A stretch of 64,000 nt of DNA from an uncultured Thermoleophilia bacterium (GCA_963707335.1 CAVPQD010000026.1:9738-73737), one strand, 5' to 3'. Positions 32,257 to 44,529 are shown, counted from the first letter of the stretch. Notes: a model not told the origin generated them from the letters alone. Program-made: numbers and translations.

Positions 32257-33141
32257 TCACGCCGCGGGCCGCTGCTCCAGCTTGGACCGGTCCAGGCTGC
32301 CCCTGTCGAGCCAGCGCTGGAAGGTCAGCATGTTCGGGTGCAGGCGCAGGAGCGCGTCGATGTCGGCGTGGTAGTGGACGTAGGCCTGGAACCAGCGGTA
32401 CATGCCGTGCGCGTGCTGGTTGGTGACCTGGTCCAGCGCGATCCGCTCGTAGCGCACGTCGGCGCCGAGGGCGTCGCCGATCATCTCGAGCGCGTCGATG
32501 AGCGTCACCTCGTCGCCGGCGAGCTGGACGGGGTCGTGGCCGAAGGCGTCGGGCTGCTCGAAGGCGAGACGGACGAACTCGGCCACGTCGGCCACGGCGA
32601 TCCACTGCACGACGGTCCCCGGGTCCAGCGGCAGCCGCAGCACCAGTGTGCCGTCAGCCGCCCGTCGCAACGCGAACTCGTCGAGGTTCTCCATGAAGAA
32701 CGCCGGGCGCAGCAGCGTGAGGGGCAGGTGGAACTCCCGCAACTGCCGTTCGATACCCCAGAGATCGCGCGGCGACGCCTCACGATCCTCATCGGGGTCG
32801 CCCACGGCCGAATAGACGACGTGCTCGACGCCGGCCTGGGCTGCGGCCCACGCCAGGTTCTTCAGCTGGCGATGCTCCGCCGCAAGGCCGCCCTGGTCGA
32901 ACGGCGTGAGGGCGCAGAAGACCTGGGCCGCGCCGACGAGGTCCTTGACGACGACCTCCGGCACCCTCAGGTCGTCCTGCAGCACCTCGATGCCGGCGGC
33001 CCGCAAGCCACGCGCCGCCGGCGACCGCAGATTGTGCGAGAGGGCGCGGACCGGCAGGGCCTGCTGATGCAGCACCCTGGCCACCGCGCCCCCCTGGTCG
33101 CCGAGCGAGCCGGCGACCACCGTGAACCCGCTGAGGGTCAT
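32257..33141 (-). CDS. NmrA-family NAD(P)-binding protein
   Basis: Atypical-SDR-like Rossmann N-terminus (VVAGSLGDQGGAV) and an NmrA-like body. GAGGAGGA precedes the ATG at 33141. Confidence 0.7.
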   Translation of the reverse strand: MTLSGFTVVAGSLGDQGGAVARVLHQQALPVRALSHNLRSPAARGLRAAGIEVLQDDLRVPEVVVKDLVGAAQVFCALTPFDQGGLAAEHRQLKNLAWAAAQAGVEHVVYSAVGDPDEDREASPRDLWGIERQLREFHLPLTLLRPAFFMENLDEFALRRAADGTLVLRLPLDPGTVVQWIAVADVAEFVRLAFEQPDAFGHDPVQLAGDEVTLIDALEMIGDALGADVRYERIALDQVTNQHAHGMYRWFQAYVHYHADIDALLRLHPNMLTFQRWLDRGSLDRSKLEQRPAA

Positions 33142-33330
33142 GCTGGACGCATCCTCCTCGGACTTCCACCGACACCGGGTCGATTCCCGGGGCCAGGGGC
33201 GCAAAACCGTTCCTGTCGGGCGCCGCTGGTGTACGCTTCGGGTCGGGCGTCCAGGGCTCGTTCAACGCTGTGCGAGACCGGCGGCGGACGCCCGGGACAG
33301 GGGAGTGAGTCATCGCGCACACTTGGGACG

Positions 33331-34182
33331 ATGTGGCCGCGGCTTAGGGGCCGGCTGCAGCAGGTCTGGCGGGCCGCGCTCGCCGCGTACGGCCACGGCG
33401 TCACGAGGCTGTCCGCGGCCCTCACCTACTACGCGCTCCTGTCGCTCTTCCCGGCGCTCATCATCCTCGTCGCGCTGTTCGCCGTCCTCGGCCAGACCTC
33501 CGCGTCACAGCTCATCGTCGGTCTGGTCGACGAGCTCGCGCCGCCGGGCGCCGCCGACCTCATCCGTGAGCCCATCACGCAGATCGTCTCCGGGCGGAGC
33601 AGCGCCGGGGCGATCGTCGGCTTGAGCGTCATCGTCGCCCTGTGGGCGGCGTCGTCCTACGTCGGCGCCTTCATGTGGGCCGTCGAGCAGGTCTATCCCG
33701 TTGACAAGCCGGTCGCCTCCTGGAGGCTGCTGCTGCGGCGGCTGCTGTTCGCGGTGATCATCCTCGTGCTGTTCGCCGTGATGGCGCTGGTCGTGGTGGT
33801 GGGCGGACCACTGGCCCGGCTCGTGGCGGACGCGGTCGGTCTCGGCGACGCGACCGTGCTGGCCTACAGGATCCTGCGCTGGCCGCTGTTGTTCGTGGCG
33901 GCCGTCGTGCTGTTCTTCGTGCTCTACGCGGCCGCGCCGGACGTGCAGCGGCGCGGCTTCCTCAAGGCGCTGCCGGGCGCGGTCCTGGGGGTCGCGGTGT
34001 GGACCGTCGCCTCCGTCGGCTTCAACCTCTACGTCTCGCACCTCGGCCGGTACGGCGCCACGTACGGCACGCTCGCCGGCCTCGTGGTGTTCCTGTTGTG
34101 GCTCTGGATCCTGAACCTGGCGCTGCTGCTCGGCGCCGAGTTCAACGTGCAGCTGGGCAGGCTGCCGGCGCGAACGCCGTGA
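33331..34182 (+). CDS. YihY/BrkB-family membrane protein
   Basis: LSAALTYYALLSLFPALI plus C-terminal LLWLWILNLALLLGAEFN. It is embedded in the long spurious ORF 32239..34182. Confidence 0.85.
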   Translation: MWPRLRGRLQQVWRAALAAYGHGVTRLSAALTYYALLSLFPALIILVALFAVLGQTSASQLIVGLVDELAPPGAADLIREPITQIVSGRSSAGAIVGLSVIVALWAASSYVGAFMWAVEQVYPVDKPVASWRLLLRRLLFAVIILVLFAVMALVVVVGGPLARLVADAVGLGDATVLAYRILRWPLLFVAAVVLFFVLYAAAPDVQRRGFLKALPGAVLGVAVWTVASVGFNLYVSHLGRYGATYGTLAGLVVFLLWLWILNLALLLGAEFNVQLGRLPARTP

Positions 34183-34207
34183 GGCGGTCGCCTGCGCCGG
34201 GAATGAC

Positions 34208-34241
34208 GAGCGCCGCCCCGGACGTGCCGGCGGCGGCGCTC
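34208..34241. terminator. Hairpin between convergent genes
   Basis: gagcgccgcc / ggcggcgctc 10-bp stem around ccggacgtgccggc. Confidence 0.5.
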
Positions 34242-34291
34242 TCAACGGCCGGCTTGTGCGCCGGCCCGGTCGGCCTGGTCGTCGGTCGCTC

Positions 34292-34726
34292 TCAGGCCGC
34301 CTCTTCCCCGACGTCCTCCACGGCGTGCAGGTTGCCGCGCCGGACGGTCGTGTAGGCTCCCTGGATGCCGCGCCGCGTGCGCGGGTACACGAGCAGGGCG
34401 GCGATGCCGCCGGCCACGCCGCCCACGATGGCGATCGCCAGCCAGTTGGGGCCGCGCCGTCGAGCGGTCGCCAGCCGGCCGGCCTTCTGCATCGACTCGA
34501 GCATCCGGTCGATGTCCTTGCGGATGTTGTCGTCGTTGATCAACTTGTCGATCGTGTCGTTGCGGGACAGCTCGTCGTAGAGATGGTTGGCGGAGCGGAT
34601 GAGGGAACGGAGCTCCTCGCGCAGGCTTTCGTCGCTCATCAGACGCCGGACGTAGGGCGCCGCCGCCGACGCGACTCCAGCCGCCCTGACTACCCGTCTG
34701 GTGTCCATCATGGCCATGGTCATCAA
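34292..34726 (-). CDS. Hypothetical tail-anchored protein
   Basis: GGGGGAG lies upstream. Helical N-terminal part and a single C-terminal TM helix (WLAIAIVGGVAGGIAALLVY). Confidence 0.55.
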   Translation of the reverse strand: MMTMAMMDTRRVVRAAGVASAAAPYVRRLMSDESLREELRSLIRSANHLYDELSRNDTIDKLINDDNIRKDIDRMLESMQKAGRLATARRRGPNWLAIAIVGGVAGGIAALLVYPRTRRGIQGAYTTVRRGNLHAVEDVGEEAA

Positions 34727-34949
34727 CTCCCCCGATCGCGATCTTGCCCCTCCGGGGACGGCGCGTCCGGTCCGTCCGTACGGAAGGCTTCAGGAGGCAG
34801 ATGACCCGCGTACCAGGAGCGGAAACCGTTGAGCCGCACCAGGGGCGTACGGCGTGGTCGTGCTGACGTGCCCGGCTGGTTCAGTGTGTGCTGGGACTCC
34901 AAACGTGGAATGCAGAGTGCGTGATGCAACTGCGCCGCGGGAGTACCTG

Positions 34950-35882
34950 ATGACTACCTATGATGTCGCCGTCGTCGGCGGCGGCCCGGGCGGCCTGTCG
35001 GCCGCCATGTACGCCGGGCTGCGCGGCATGTCCGTCGTTGCCTACGAGGCCGAGACGTTCGGCGGCCAGCTCGTGAACCTCTACCCGAGCAAGCCGGTGA
35101 CCAACTTCCCCGCGCAGATCGAGGTGCTGTCGCGGGACCTGGCGCTGCGGCTGGCCGATCAGGCCGCCGGGTTCGGAGCGGAGCTTTGCGAGTGGCGGCC
35201 CGTGGAGCACGTCGGGCGCCGCGACGGCCGCTTCGTCGTGCGCACTCCAGTCGGCGAGGACGAGTCCCGAGCGCTCGTCCTGGCCCTCGGCCATGGGCGC
35301 TTCTCGCCCCGTCGCCTCGGGCTCGCCGAGGAGGAACGCTTCTTGGGCAATGGCCTCACCTACCGCCTGCCGCCTATCGAGCAGATCGACGCGAAGCGGG
35401 CCGTGGTGGTGGGCGGCGGCGACAGCGCCCTGGACACCGCCATGTCGCTGGACCGCATCGCCGACGTGACGCTTGTACACCGGCGCGACGAGTTCAGCGC
35501 CTTCGCCTTCTCGCAGCGCAAGCTCGCCGAGTCCGGGCTCGACGTCGTGACCCAGGGCACCGTCGTGGAGCTGCGTGGCGAGGGCCGTCTGGAGGAGGTC
35601 GTGGTGGAGCGCGGCGACGGCAGCCGCGTCACGTTGCCCGCCGACCTGCTGCTGGTGAGCATCGGCCAGATGCCGGACCTGAGCGGCACCGAGGACTGGG
35701 AGCTTGGTCTGAGCGGCGCGAGCATCCGCGTGGATTCGGCCATGCGCGTCGACCGTGAGGGGCTCTTCGCCGTCGGCGACTACGCCATGTACACCGGCAA
35801 GGTGCGGATGATCGCGACCGCCGTCGCCGAAGGCTCCACGGCCGCGGCGTCGGCCGAGTCGCATCTGATGTCACTCAGCTGA
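34950..35882 (+). CDS. Thioredoxin-reductase-like ferredoxin-NADP+ reductase (no redox CxxC)
   Basis: VAVVGGGPGG and VVGGGDSALD dinucleotide motifs, C-terminal GDY. No CxxC pair, which argues against a true TrxB. Confidence 0.75.
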   Translation: MTTYDVAVVGGGPGGLSAAMYAGLRGMSVVAYEAETFGGQLVNLYPSKPVTNFPAQIEVLSRDLALRLADQAAGFGAELCEWRPVEHVGRRDGRFVVRTPVGEDESRALVLALGHGRFSPRRLGLAEEERFLGNGLTYRLPPIEQIDAKRAVVVGGGDSALDTAMSLDRIADVTLVHRRDEFSAFAFSQRKLAESGLDVVTQGTVVELRGEGRLEEVVVERGDGSRVTLPADLLLVSIGQMPDLSGTEDWELGLSGASIRVDSAMRVDREGLFAVGDYAMYTGKVRMIATAVAEGSTAAASAESHLMSLS

Positions 35883-35893
35883 GGGTAGCTCGA

Positions 35894-36703
35894 CTACGCC
35901 GCAGCCCTCAGCCCAAGGAGGGCGCGCACCTTCTCGCGCAGCCGCGCGGCGTCGTGCGCGGCGTGGGCCTGCCAGTCGTTGTTGAAGAAGGCCCAGGGAG
36001 TGAACCCGTCCGCGGCCCAGCCGACGAGCTTGCGCGCCCACGCGTCCAGCAGCGCGTCGGGGTAGCTGTCCGCGGAGGCCTGGCCGGGACCGTGGAGGCG
36101 CACGTAGACGAGCGCGGCGGTGAGCACCTCCGGCGTCCGCCGCCCGTGCAAGTCGTGCAGGCACAACGCCGCCCCATGCTCCGCGAGCACGTCGTACACC
36201 TCGTCGCGGAACCAGCTGTCGTCGCGGAACTCCCAGGCGCTGGGCCAGTCGGGCGGCCACGCCTGCAGGAAGGCGCGCAGCCGGCCGACGTCCGCGGACC
36301 AGGTCGGCGGCAGCTGCAGGAGCACCGGGCCGCGCTTGGGGCCGAGGGCGGCCGCCGCCGAGGCGAGCCGCGTGATCGTCATCTCCGGGTCCTGCAGCTT
36401 GCGTATGTGCGTCATGTAGCGGCTGGCCTTGACGGCGAAGACGAAGTCCTCGGGCACCGTGTCCCGCCACGCCGCGAAGGCCCGCGCCGTGGGCAGGCGG
36501 TAGAACGAGTTGTTCAGCTCGACGCAGTCGAAGCGGCTGCCGTACCAGCGCAGCATCGACGCGGGCTTCAGGTCGGCGGGGTAGAACGGCCCGCGCCAGT
36601 GCAGGTAGTGCCAGCCCGACGTGCCGATGCGGATGGGGTCGGCGGCCGGCGATGGCTCGCTCCACAGCTGCAGCTGCTCGTCGTGTGGGATCAGGCGGTC
36701 CAC
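35894..36703 (-). CDS. DUF72 family protein
   Basis: IRIGTSGWHYLHW, ELNNSFYRLP and VLLQLPP. Confidence 0.85.
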   Translation of the reverse strand: MDRLIPHDEQLQLWSEPSPAADPIRIGTSGWHYLHWRGPFYPADLKPASMLRWYGSRFDCVELNNSFYRLPTARAFAAWRDTVPEDFVFAVKASRYMTHIRKLQDPEMTITRLASAAAALGPKRGPVLLQLPPTWSADVGRLRAFLQAWPPDWPSAWEFRDDSWFRDEVYDVLAEHGAALCLHDLHGRRTPEVLTAALVYVRLHGPGQASADSYPDALLDAWARKLVGWAADGFTPWAFFNNDWQAHAAHDAARLREKVRALLGLRAAA

Positions 36704-36750
36704 AGCTTCGTTGTTCCCGCCGCCAGGGCGAGTGGGACAGAGCTGCGGAG

Positions 36751-38895
36751 CTACGCCTGCTCGGGTGCCGGACCCGCTTCGCCGGCCGGCGCCGGCAGCT
36801 CGTCCGGCGGGGCCGACGCTTCCACCTTCGTCCAGCGCCGGCCCGGCCAGCCGGCGGACGGACCGATCGCGAGTGTCAGGCCCGGTACCAGCGCCGTGCG
36901 CACCAGGAACGTGTCGATCAGCACGCCGAGCGCCACGCCGATGCTGATCTCAGCCAGGTCCTTGACCGGCTGTGACAGCAGGATGAGGAACGTGCCGGCC
37001 AGGATGATGCCGGCGCTCGTGAGCACGCCGCCCGTGGCGGTCACCGCCCGCACCGTGCCGTCGCGCAGCCCGTTGGCCAGCGCTTCACTGCGGATACGCG
37101 TCGTGATGAAGATGTTGTAGTCGCTGCCCAGCGCGACCAGGAAGATGAACATGTACAGCGGGATGCGGTAGCTGATGTGCTCCCAGCCGAAGAGCTTCTC
37201 CGTGATGAGGATGGTCGCGCCCAATGCGGCGAGGTACGACAGCAGGTTGGTGAGCAGCAGGTAGAGCGGCGCGACCAGGGCCCGCAGCAGCACGGCGAGG
37301 ATGACGCCGACCACGACGAGCGCTGCGACGGCCACCACGATGGTATCGCGGTTGGAGAGGGCCCACGTGTCCGCCTGGATGGCCGTGGGCCCGCCGACCA
37401 GAGCCGTTCCCGCGAACTTGCTCGCCGCCGCGCGCGCGACCTGACGGATGTCGCGGACCTGCTGCAGCGCCTCCTTCGAATAGGGGTCGCCCTTGAGGAT
37501 CACCTGATAGCTGAGCCAGTCGCTCGTGGGCGACGGGCCCGTGAAGAAGGCGGCGGCGACGCCGGGGACTCCGCTGAGTCGCGCGGGGATGCCTTCCTCC
37601 AGAACGGTCGGGGGGATCTTGCCGTTGACGGAGAGCAGCACGGTCGTCGGCGCCAGGCTGCCCTTGGGGAAGTGCCTTTCGAGCAGCGCGTAGCCCTGCT
37701 TGGACGGCATGTCCTTCAGGAAGTCCTCGGTGAAGCTGAAGCGCGGGCTGTAGAAGAGCACGCCGAGTGCCAGGACGACGAGGATGGCCGCGACGACGGC
37801 GGCGGACCGCCGCGGGGCCGCGGCCACCGTCTCGGCGACGCGACGCCAGGACCGATGCTCGGTCGCATCGCCGAGGTGCGGCGTGCGCGGCCAGAAGGCG
37901 CGGCGGCCGAGTACGGCGAGCAGCGCGGGCATCAGGGTGAGCCCGGCGATGAGCGTCACGAACACGCCGAGCCCCAACACCGGCGCGAACGAACGGTAGT
38001 CGCCGTAGCGGGCGAGCAGCAACGTCAGCACGGCCAGGGTGACGGTGAGACCGCTGGCCGCGATGGCCTCCCAGGTCTCGCCCAGCGCCGTGGCGAGGGC
38101 GACGCGCGCGTCGCCCTCGCGGCGCAGCTCCTCGCGGTAGCGCGAGATGAGCAGCAGGCCGTAGTCCGTGCCGGCGCCGAACAGCAGGATGACCATGAGC
38201 GACGTCGCCTGCCCGGAGAGCATCGTGTCCGTGGCCTTGGCGATGAGCGCGAGGATGCCGCCGGCCACGAAGTACCCGAAACCGACGGCGAGCAGCGGCA
38301 CGAAGGGCAGCACCGGCGAGCGGTAGATGACGAGCAGCAGCACGAGCACGAGGATGACGGTGCCGATCAGCAGCTTGATGTCCGCGTTCAGGAAGATCTG
38401 GTAGACGTCGGTGATGAGCCCGCCGGGGCCTGTGACGCGCACCTCCATGCCTGCGACGGTCTCCCCGAAGTGGTCGCGGATGGCCTGCACCGAGTCCCGG
38501 AAGCTCTCCTCGCCGGGATTGCCGTCGAGGCTCGCGAAGATGAGGGCACCCTTGCCGTCCGGCGAGTACTGGACCCCGGCGCTGTTGATCGGCTCGTCGC
38601 CGCCGGTGAGCCAGGTCATGCCGTCTTCGATCGACTGCTTCTGGGCGTCGGTCAGCGCCGTCCCGGAGCTGTAGACCACGATGATCGGCGTGCCCTTGGC
38701 GTTCGGGAAGGAGGCTTGCAGCAGGGCGTCGGCGCGCTTGCTTTCGAGCGACGCGGGCAGCGACTTGGAAGCGTCGTTCGTGGTCACGCTCTGGAGCTTC
38801 GGCCCCATGGCCAGGGCGCCGGCCACGAGCACCCACACCGCGATGACGATCCAGGGGTGCCTGCCTCGCGTCGACCACATGATCAGGTCCCGCAT
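36751..38895 (-). CDS. MMPL/RND-type membrane transporter (intact paralogue)
   Basis: 714-aa uninterrupted ORF with two 6-TM bundles (GTDYGLLLISRYREEL; ALGSDYNIFITTRIRSE). GGGAG precedes the ATG. Confidence 0.9.
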   Translation of the reverse strand: MRDLIMWSTRGRHPWIVIAVWVLVAGALAMGPKLQSVTTNDASKSLPASLESKRADALLQASFPNAKGTPIIVVYSSGTALTDAQKQSIEDGMTWLTGGDEPINSAGVQYSPDGKGALIFASLDGNPGEESFRDSVQAIRDHFGETVAGMEVRVTGPGGLITDVYQIFLNADIKLLIGTVILVLVLLLVIYRSPVLPFVPLLAVGFGYFVAGGILALIAKATDTMLSGQATSLMVILLFGAGTDYGLLLISRYREELRREGDARVALATALGETWEAIAASGLTVTLAVLTLLLARYGDYRSFAPVLGLGVFVTLIAGLTLMPALLAVLGRRAFWPRTPHLGDATEHRSWRRVAETVAAAPRRSAAVVAAILVVLALGVLFYSPRFSFTEDFLKDMPSKQGYALLERHFPKGSLAPTTVLLSVNGKIPPTVLEEGIPARLSGVPGVAAAFFTGPSPTSDWLSYQVILKGDPYSKEALQQVRDIRQVARAAASKFAGTALVGGPTAIQADTWALSNRDTIVVAVAALVVVGVILAVLLRALVAPLYLLLTNLLSYLAALGATILITEKLFGWEHISYRIPLYMFIFLVALGSDYNIFITTRIRSEALANGLRDGTVRAVTATGGVLTSAGIILAGTFLILLSQPVKDLAEISIGVALGVLIDTFLVRTALVPGLTLAIGPSAGWPGRRWTKVEASAPPDELPAPAGEAGPAPEQA

Positions 38896-38991
38896 GTCTC
38901 ACTCCCGTGCGTCGCTGCGCCGTTTCCCGTGCGGTGCGATCCATGATAGTACGCTGACGAAGCCAGGGCTGGCCCGGCCCGGCGCGCGACG

Positions 38992-38997
38992 TAGACT
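38992..38997 (+). promoter_or_regulatory. -10-like TAGACT, 6 nt before the glpK ATG
   Basis: TANNNT with no SD in the gap. Confidence 0.4.
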
Positions 38998-39003
38998 ACC
39001 AGC

Positions 39004-40522
<1,519 letters not shown>

Positions 40523-40534
<12 letters not shown>

Positions 40535-41215
40535 GCCGCCGCGCCCATCGAAGCCGCGCCCGTCGTTGCCGGGGTCGACTCTCTGCGGCGGCCCCGGCCG
40601 CAGCATCCAGACGCTCGCCCCGAGGACCACGGCGATGAAGGCCAGCGGTGCCACGGCGTCCAGCACGGACGTGACCTGCAGCAGGCCGGCGACGGAGCGG
40701 GCGATGGCGACCAGGGCGCCGATGGCCGCGCTGGCGCGCAGCCAGGCCGGTGTCTTCGTCCCCTGCGTCGCCACGGCCGCCAGGAACAGCGTGATGGTCA
40801 GGAACAGGGCCGCGTCGGTGCCGTCCGCGAGCTGCGCGAGCGTGTGGGTCGACGAGTTCGCCGCGTTGGCGTCGGACGTGAGAGCCAGCGCGATGACGGG
40901 CAGCGCCGTCACCACGGCGGCGGCGAACACGAGCACGCCGGTCGACCACACCAGTCGCCACTTGTCCGGCTCGGCGGGTCCCGGCGTCGCGGCCAGCGCG
41001 AAGCGCAGCGCGAACGCAAGGAAGAAGACGGCCGCCGTGAGGATGATTGCTTGGGAGACGAGCACGACGCCGCGGTTGTCGGCGAAGTACGTCGAGATCT
41101 CGCTCGCCGGGCTGTCTGCGCCCGGCGCGGCCAGCATCGCGGCGCTCGCGAACAGCAGCACACCGAACGCGATGCCCGACCAGCCGCCGTTGGCGGTGCG
41201 GGGGTGGAAGCTCAT
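40523..41215 (-). CDS. Hypothetical integral membrane protein
   Basis: Six hydrophobic segments. AGGAG lies upstream of the ATG at 41215. Confidence 0.6.
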
Positions 41216-41392
41216 GTCGCGTCCTGCTCCTGAGGCCCTCGTAGCATCCAGCTCAGGCTTCCCATGGCAGCGCCCCGCCAATCCGCGCCCCGACCCGCAG
41301 CCCGCTCGCCATCTGACGAACTCTCAACGTCAGCTGCAGCTTGAGACTTCTCCACGGCCTCGGCGCCGTGGGCCCCGCCGGCGACGCTGTGC

Positions 41393-42055
41393 TCAGGCGG
41401 CGCGGAGTCCGTCGATCAGGGTGCCGAGGTCGTCAGCCTGCCGGCGATAGTCGCGCCGGGCACGGGCGACGAGACAGAGCGCCGGCCCGACCGCCAGATG
41501 GAGTCGCGGCCGGCGGCGCCAGCCGCCCGGCAGCTCTCGCCACCAGCGGCCATGCAGGATGTCTTCGGCGCCGGTGATGGCGACGGGGATCACGGGCGCC
41601 CCGCTCTTCTCGGCCAGGAAGGCGACGCCGGCCTCGAACTTGTGCAGGCCGTCGGCGTACACGTCGCCTTCGGGGAACACGACGACCACCTCGCCGTGGT
41701 CCAGCGACTGCAGGGCGGTCTGCAGGCCGTCGCGGGCGAACGCGTCCCGGCGCACGGGGAAGGCGCCGAGCCGCCGGATGCACCAGCCGACGAACGTGCG
41801 GTCGAACTGCACGGCGTCGGTCATGAAGCGCAGGGTACGGGGGAAGGGCAGGGCCACGAGGATAGGGTCGATGTCGCTCGGGTGGTTGGCGACGATGAGG
41901 GCCGGGCCGGACGAGGGCAGCCGCCCGGCCCCGTCCACCTCGAAGCGCCCGTAGAGGTGCGCGGCGGGCACGAGCAGCAGCCGCCCGACCGTGTACAGCC
42001 AAGGGTCGGTGGCGACCGCGATCGGCAACCGCTGGTGTCTGTGCCGGCGCTCCAT
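41393..42055 (-). CDS. Lysophospholipid (1-acyl-glycerol-3-phosphate) acyltransferase family protein
   Basis: HX4D motif (VANHPSDIDP), FPEGD and PVIPVAI. The start is set at the ATG at 42055 inside the longer ORF. Confidence 0.8.
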   Translation of the reverse strand: MERRHRHQRLPIAVATDPWLYTVGRLLLVPAAHLYGRFEVDGAGRLPSSGPALIVANHPSDIDPILVALPFPRTLRFMTDAVQFDRTFVGWCIRRLGAFPVRRDAFARDGLQTALQSLDHGEVVVVFPEGDVYADGLHKFEAGVAFLAEKSGAPVIPVAITGAEDILHGRWWRELPGGWRRRPRLHLAVGPALCLVARARRDYRRQADDLGTLIDGLRAA

Positions 42056-42207
42056 ACGCGGAGTATTCCCGACCCGCGATGATGGCGTTCGCACGGACGG
42101 CGCGGGGCGGGCGACTGCAGGCGGTCGTCGAAGTCGGGCGCCTTGGCAGGCGGCCGCAGGCAGTGCGTCGTGCACATCGCCTGGTCGTAGCCGCCGGAAC
42201 GAGGCGC

Positions 42208-43314
42208 TCAGACCGTGTCGATCGTCACCTGGCTGGCGCCGCCCGAGAAGCGGACCTCGTAGCGGTCGGTCGTGGCCTCGAAGCCGGGACTCTCGAGGCG
42301 GTTGCGGCCGCCGACGCCGCCCAGACGCTGACCGTCGAAGACCATCTGGCTGGCCCCGCCGCTGATGTCGGCGCGCACGGGGACGCCGGCGGGGCGGTGC
42401 AGGACGACCTTGCTGGCCCCGCCGGACACCCGCACCGGCACGGCGCCGACCGGCGGCGGCAGCCAGATCTCGATGTCGCTGGCGCCGCCGGCGATGTCCA
42501 GCGACTCCAGCCGCAGGGCGCGCAGATCGGCGCCCAGCTTCCACATGCCGCCGCGCAGCGAGATGGCCCACGGCACGGTGGCGTTGAGCGTGACGTCCGA
42601 GGACTGCGCCCGCCAGTCGAAGGGCCGGAAGCGCCGGCGCTGCTGGATGGTCACCGTGCCGCCGTTGAGCAGCACGTCGGGCACCGGCCCCTCGAAGCGG
42701 GCGCGGTAGAGGTCGCCCAGCTCGGCGTCGCCGTGGATGGCGACCTTGGCCGCCCCCTTGTTGAACTCCAGGCGCCCGGCCAGGACGCCCTGCAGCGGCG
42801 CCGAGGCTTCCGGCCCGCCGTCGCCGCTCGGCTCGTCGTCGCGGCCGGGCGCCTGTCCCGCGACCTGTCCGGCCTGACGTTCGTACACCTCGCGGGTGCC
42901 GCGGAGGTAGTCGCGGATGATGCCGAGATCGCCGCTGCTGCGCTCCTGCAGCAGGGCGCGGCCGCTCACCTCGACCTCGCCGTAGAGTCGCGCGCCGAGC
43001 TCGCGCGTGGCCTGGGTGGAGATGACGAGCACGCGGCGCCGGTCGTCGGGGTCGGCGACGCGATTGGCATAGCCGGCGCGCTCGATGCGGTCCAGCACCG
43101 TGGTGATCGCGCCGGGCGAGAGGCCGCTCGCGTCGGCCAGCTCGCCGGCGGCCATCCTGCCGTGGCGATAGAGGATGCCGATGCAGCGCAGGTCGGTGCG
43201 GTTGAGGCCGAACTGACGGGCGACGGCTTCGTCCAGCCGGTCCGCGGCCTCGCGCAGCGCACTCAGCTCCTCGTTGACCTCGTCGATGAGATGCGTCTGC
43301 TGATCGTCGGTCAT
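42208..43314 (-). CDS. MarR-family winged-helix regulator fused to a C-terminal GGAS-repeat beta-rich domain
   Basis: MarR core LNRTDLRCIGILYRHGRMAAGELADASGLSPGAITTVLDRIERAGYANR. The C-terminal roughly 190 aa carry four hGGAS(D/K/Q)h strands. AGGAGG precedes the ATG at 43314. Confidence 0.75.
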   Translation of the reverse strand: MTDDQQTHLIDEVNEELSALREAADRLDEAVARQFGLNRTDLRCIGILYRHGRMAAGELADASGLSPGAITTVLDRIERAGYANRVADPDDRRRVLVISTQATRELGARLYGEVEVSGRALLQERSSGDLGIIRDYLRGTREVYERQAGQVAGQAPGRDDEPSGDGGPEASAPLQGVLAGRLEFNKGAAKVAIHGDAELGDLYRARFEGPVPDVLLNGGTVTIQQRRRFRPFDWRAQSSDVTLNATVPWAISLRGGMWKLGADLRALRLESLDIAGGASDIEIWLPPPVGAVPVRVSGGASKVVLHRPAGVPVRADISGGASQMVFDGQRLGGVGGRNRLESPGFEATTDRYEVRFSGGASQVTIDTV

Positions 43315-43392
43315 GACGTGCCTACCTCCTGCGCCGAGCAGCGCCGTGAGGGCTTTATCCATTGCCAAAGGACTATACCACAAGAAGAAAGT

Positions 43393-43422
43393 TTGACAAT
43401 AGAAATGTCGTGGGACTAAACT
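43393..43422 (+). promoter_or_regulatory. Sigma-70-type promoter for the ABC operon
   Basis: TTGACA (43393-43398), 18-nt spacer, TAAACT (43417-43422), within an AT-rich island. This implies a leader of about 130 nt before the ATG at 43558. Confidence 0.5.
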
Positions 43423-43557
43423 GCATCGGCCGGCACATGAGACTGCGGGGACGAAGGACCCACCACCCCGCCCGGGCTCTCCCGGCGATGGTTCGGGCTC
43501 CGCCCAGCGGGCACCTACTAGGGATGACCGCAGGCGGTCTTCAGGAAGGAACGAGAG

Positions 43558-44529
43558 ATGGACAACACGATCGAGGCTCGGGACCTCGTGAAGACATACC
43601 CGGGCGAGGTACGGGCGCTTCAGGGCGTGAGCCTGCGCGTCGAGCCCGGGACCGTGTTCGGGTTGCTGGGGCCAAACGGCGCCGGCAAGTCGACCACCGT
43701 GAAGATCCTGACCACGCTGTCCCGCCCCGACTCGGGCGAAGCGACTGTGGCGGGCCTGGACGTGGTGCGCCAGCCGGCCAAGGTGCGGCGCGTCATCGGC
43801 GCCGTGGGCCAGAAGTCGGGCGTCGACCTGGCGGCCACGGGCGTCGAGAACCTGGTGCTGCAGGGGCGCGTGTACGGCATGGGCGGCCGCGAGTCGAAGC
43901 GGCGCGCGGCCGAGCTGCTCGAGCGGCTCGGGCTGTCCGAGGCTGGGAACCGCGTCGTGAAGACCTACTCCGGCGGGATGCAGCGCAAGCTGGACGTGGC
44001 CATCGGCCTGGTGCACAAGCCGCAGGTGCTCTTCCTGGATGAGCCGACCACCGGGCTGGACCCCGAGGCGCGCGTCGACATGTGGGACGAGATCGCGCGC
44101 CTCACCCAGCTCGAGGGCCTGACCATCCTCCTCACCACGCACTATCTGGAGGAGGCGGACAGGCTCGCCCGGCGCCTCGCCATCATCGACCGCGGCAAGG
44201 TCGTGGCCGAGGGCGAGCCCGAGCAGCTCAAGGGCGAGCTGCGCGGCGACGCCATCCATGTCGAGCTCGCTGAACAGCCGATGAACGGCGAGGCCCACCG
44301 CGCCGTCGAGCGCGTGGACGGCGTGCGCGACATCACGTTGGACGGCCGTCTGCTGCGCGCCCGCGCCGACAGCGGCGCGACCGCCGTGCCGGCGGTGCTC
44401 GCCGCTCTCGAGGCCGAGGGCGTCGCGGTGGCCTCCGTCACCGTGTCGCACCCCTCTCTCGACGATGTCTACCTGCGCTACGCCGGCCGGGCCTTCAACG
44501 ACGCCGACCGGCAGGAGGATCAGCGATGA
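43558..44529 (+). CDS. ABC transporter ATP-binding protein (DrrA-like)
   Basis: Walker A GPNGAGKST, signature YSGGMQRKL and Walker B LFLDEPTTGLD. Confidence 0.9.
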   Translation: MDNTIEARDLVKTYPGEVRALQGVSLRVEPGTVFGLLGPNGAGKSTTVKILTTLSRPDSGEATVAGLDVVRQPAKVRRVIGAVGQKSGVDLAATGVENLVLQGRVYGMGGRESKRRAAELLERLGLSEAGNRVVKTYSGGMQRKLDVAIGLVHKPQVLFLDEPTTGLDPEARVDMWDEIARLTQLEGLTILLTTHYLEEADRLARRLAIIDRGKVVAEGEPEQLKGELRGDAIHVELAEQPMNGEAHRAVERVDGVRDITLDGRLLRARADSGATAVPAVLAALEAEGVAVASVTVSHPSLDDVYLRYAGRAFNDADRQEDQR